A DNA stretch of 63,832 nt, filler included, from Rhabdomonas costata (lineage: Eukaryota), in assembly GCA_019059605.1 (NCBI GenBank). It is 43 parts of 43 records of this genome, joined end to end, with 100 filler letters (N's around TTAATTAATTAA, not from the genome) between each part and the next. Parts side by side here need not be neighbours in the genome. Positions count along the whole stretch, not along the records: positions 62,447 to 63,832 come from JAHMHO010017499.1; 42 more parts are not named here. One strand, written 5' to 3'. Below the pieces are notes generated by a model, which had not been told where the DNA came from, made no database searches, and worked only from the letters and a program-made list of their open reading frames with translations. Numbering within the stretch: the first letter of the stretch is position 1; each line of letters begins with the position of its first letter. Both the position numbers and the translations under genes were made by a program. This document shows positions 62,504 through 63,832 of this stretch, piece by piece.

Positions 62504-62668
62504 GTGCTGCAGATCCTGCACACCGCCAGCACCAGCCCCGCGGTGCGGACAATCGACCCGCAGGTGGGCTCGTACCTGATTCCTTGGGCCTACATTGCGG
62601 AGACCTTTGGGTGCCGCGACCTCCGCTTCCGGCGCCGGGACATCTCGCTTTGCATGCTGTACCAAAAA
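62504..62668 (+). CDS. Unknown protein, internal exon
   Basis: ctcag acceptor, GC-rich open frame VLQILHTAS...DISLCMLYQK, and aag|gttcct donor. Confidence 0.45.
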
Positions 62669-63832
62669 GGTTCCTTCCCGCTACTTTTGCACTTGCTCTG
62701 GATGGTGAGCCAGGCGTTTTCTTAGTGCATTTCATCTTTTTTTTTCCGGAAGGCGTGCTTTTTGTTTCAGCAAGGTTGTTGTGAGTTTCTTCGAAGAGCG
62801 GTGGCAATTAGTGGCAAATATTGTGCTTGTTGTATCTGCTTGTACATCGTTAATCCGTTGTTTCGGGGAAATGCAAGACTCCTGCCTGATATGCAGATTA
62901 AAGATGACAACCTACCCGACTTCCGCGGCAGGTTTAGCTCATCACACCGAAAGCTCGGTGTTGCAGTAAAAAGAGCATTTAGTGACCCCGAACGCGGCAG
63001 AAATCAGATCCATCCTGCTGCACACCTTGGTGGGAACGAACCACTCGAGACCCCGTATACAGGGCGTCTGTGCAGAGTCAAGGGGTCACAGTGGAGGAGT
63101 GGTGGGAGATGAAGGAGAGGATGTGGATGTGAGAGAAGGGAGAACAAAAGCATGGAACGCGTGCGGTGTAGACGCACGCCATCAGCAAAGGGAGAAACCA
63201 AAGGTAGTTCGTCTTAGCTTAGGAGCAGCTTTTCTTTTCTTTTCTTTCATCATTGCTCTCCTTCTTTTTATTTTCTGTACTTACATCGCACAAACATGCA
63301 CAAATACGAACAAACAGACACAACTGTTCCTAAGTCAAAGAATAAAACAGGCGGAGTTATGATGCACAAACTCAGAAAAACAAAATTTCTGCAACGGGTA
63401 CATCTACGACCCAGGGGGGGGGTTCGCTCATCGAGAGCGCGAGAACCGTACAAAAAAGATAGGATGGCGACAGTAACGTTTGCAAGCATGAGTTGGAAAA
63501 CAAGGCGTGATTTTGGTTAACTCTTTGGTAAGAAGACTTATCAACTGAATAGTAAATTAAGCATACTCCTTTCAAAAACTGTCCACCGTCGAGGAAGGGT
63601 AGAGTTATAATATTAAACTTAACCAAAGAAATGGTGCTGAAGACTGCACGGTACTGACTCTTGTCTTCTGCCGCGGAGTAGTGACGTGATGCGTGATGTT
63701 TTGCGTAAAAAAATGATTAGGAGTCCTCCGGGTGATCCATAGCACGATCTCTAGTGGTATTGAGTTCATTCATTCATTCGCTTGAACGGTCTCCACAAAT
63801 CGGACGTAGGCTAGCGAGATCCCCACACCCCC

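Noticed and set aside
1..63832. Gene-neighbourhood or operon-style system across adjacent contigs (for example the two Merlin-bearing contigs side by side)
   Set aside because: Contigs are near-identical in length and appear ordered by size, so adjacency across spacers has no biological meaning.

Overview
This window is not a contiguous locus. It is 43 unrelated contigs of about 1.38-1.41 kb, joined by an artificial spacer (N-run + TTAATTAATTAA + N-run). Most contigs start with a G/T-only stretch and end with an A/C-only stretch, and about 10 carry fold-back inverted repeats at an end. Both patterns point to whole-genome amplification with degenerate primers. The DNA is from an intron-rich, flagellated eukaryote, most likely a euglenid or other euglenozoan (inference from TTAGGG repeats, polypyrimidine+AG just before start codons, and GT-AG plus probable GC-AG introns). 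Recognisable gene fragments: SF3A2, an STPG/ODF3-like protein, a PstS-like domain protein, MRNIP, a class IV sirtuin, two axonemal dynein heavy chain fragments, an arginine-deiminase-like exon, a GT10 fucosyltransferase, SNU13, a DUF3638/DUF3645-like protein, WD40 proteins, NDUFA9, an aldehyde dehydrogenase, a Cache-domain protein, a bacterial-type GFA protein and VPS45. Mobile DNA includes a disrupted Merlin (IS1595-family) transposase, a more decayed second copy, and DIRS-like retroelement remnants. No complete novel multi-gene system can be shown from 1.4 kb fragments. The best leads are: (i) a 26-nt GC-rich motif recurring after AT-rich tracts in unrelated contigs, (ii) an RT remnant with one-strand G depletion, (iii) an NDUFA9 intron with no AG acceptor, (iv) an ADI-like domain missing its catalytic Glu, and (v) a bacterial-type GFA gene.
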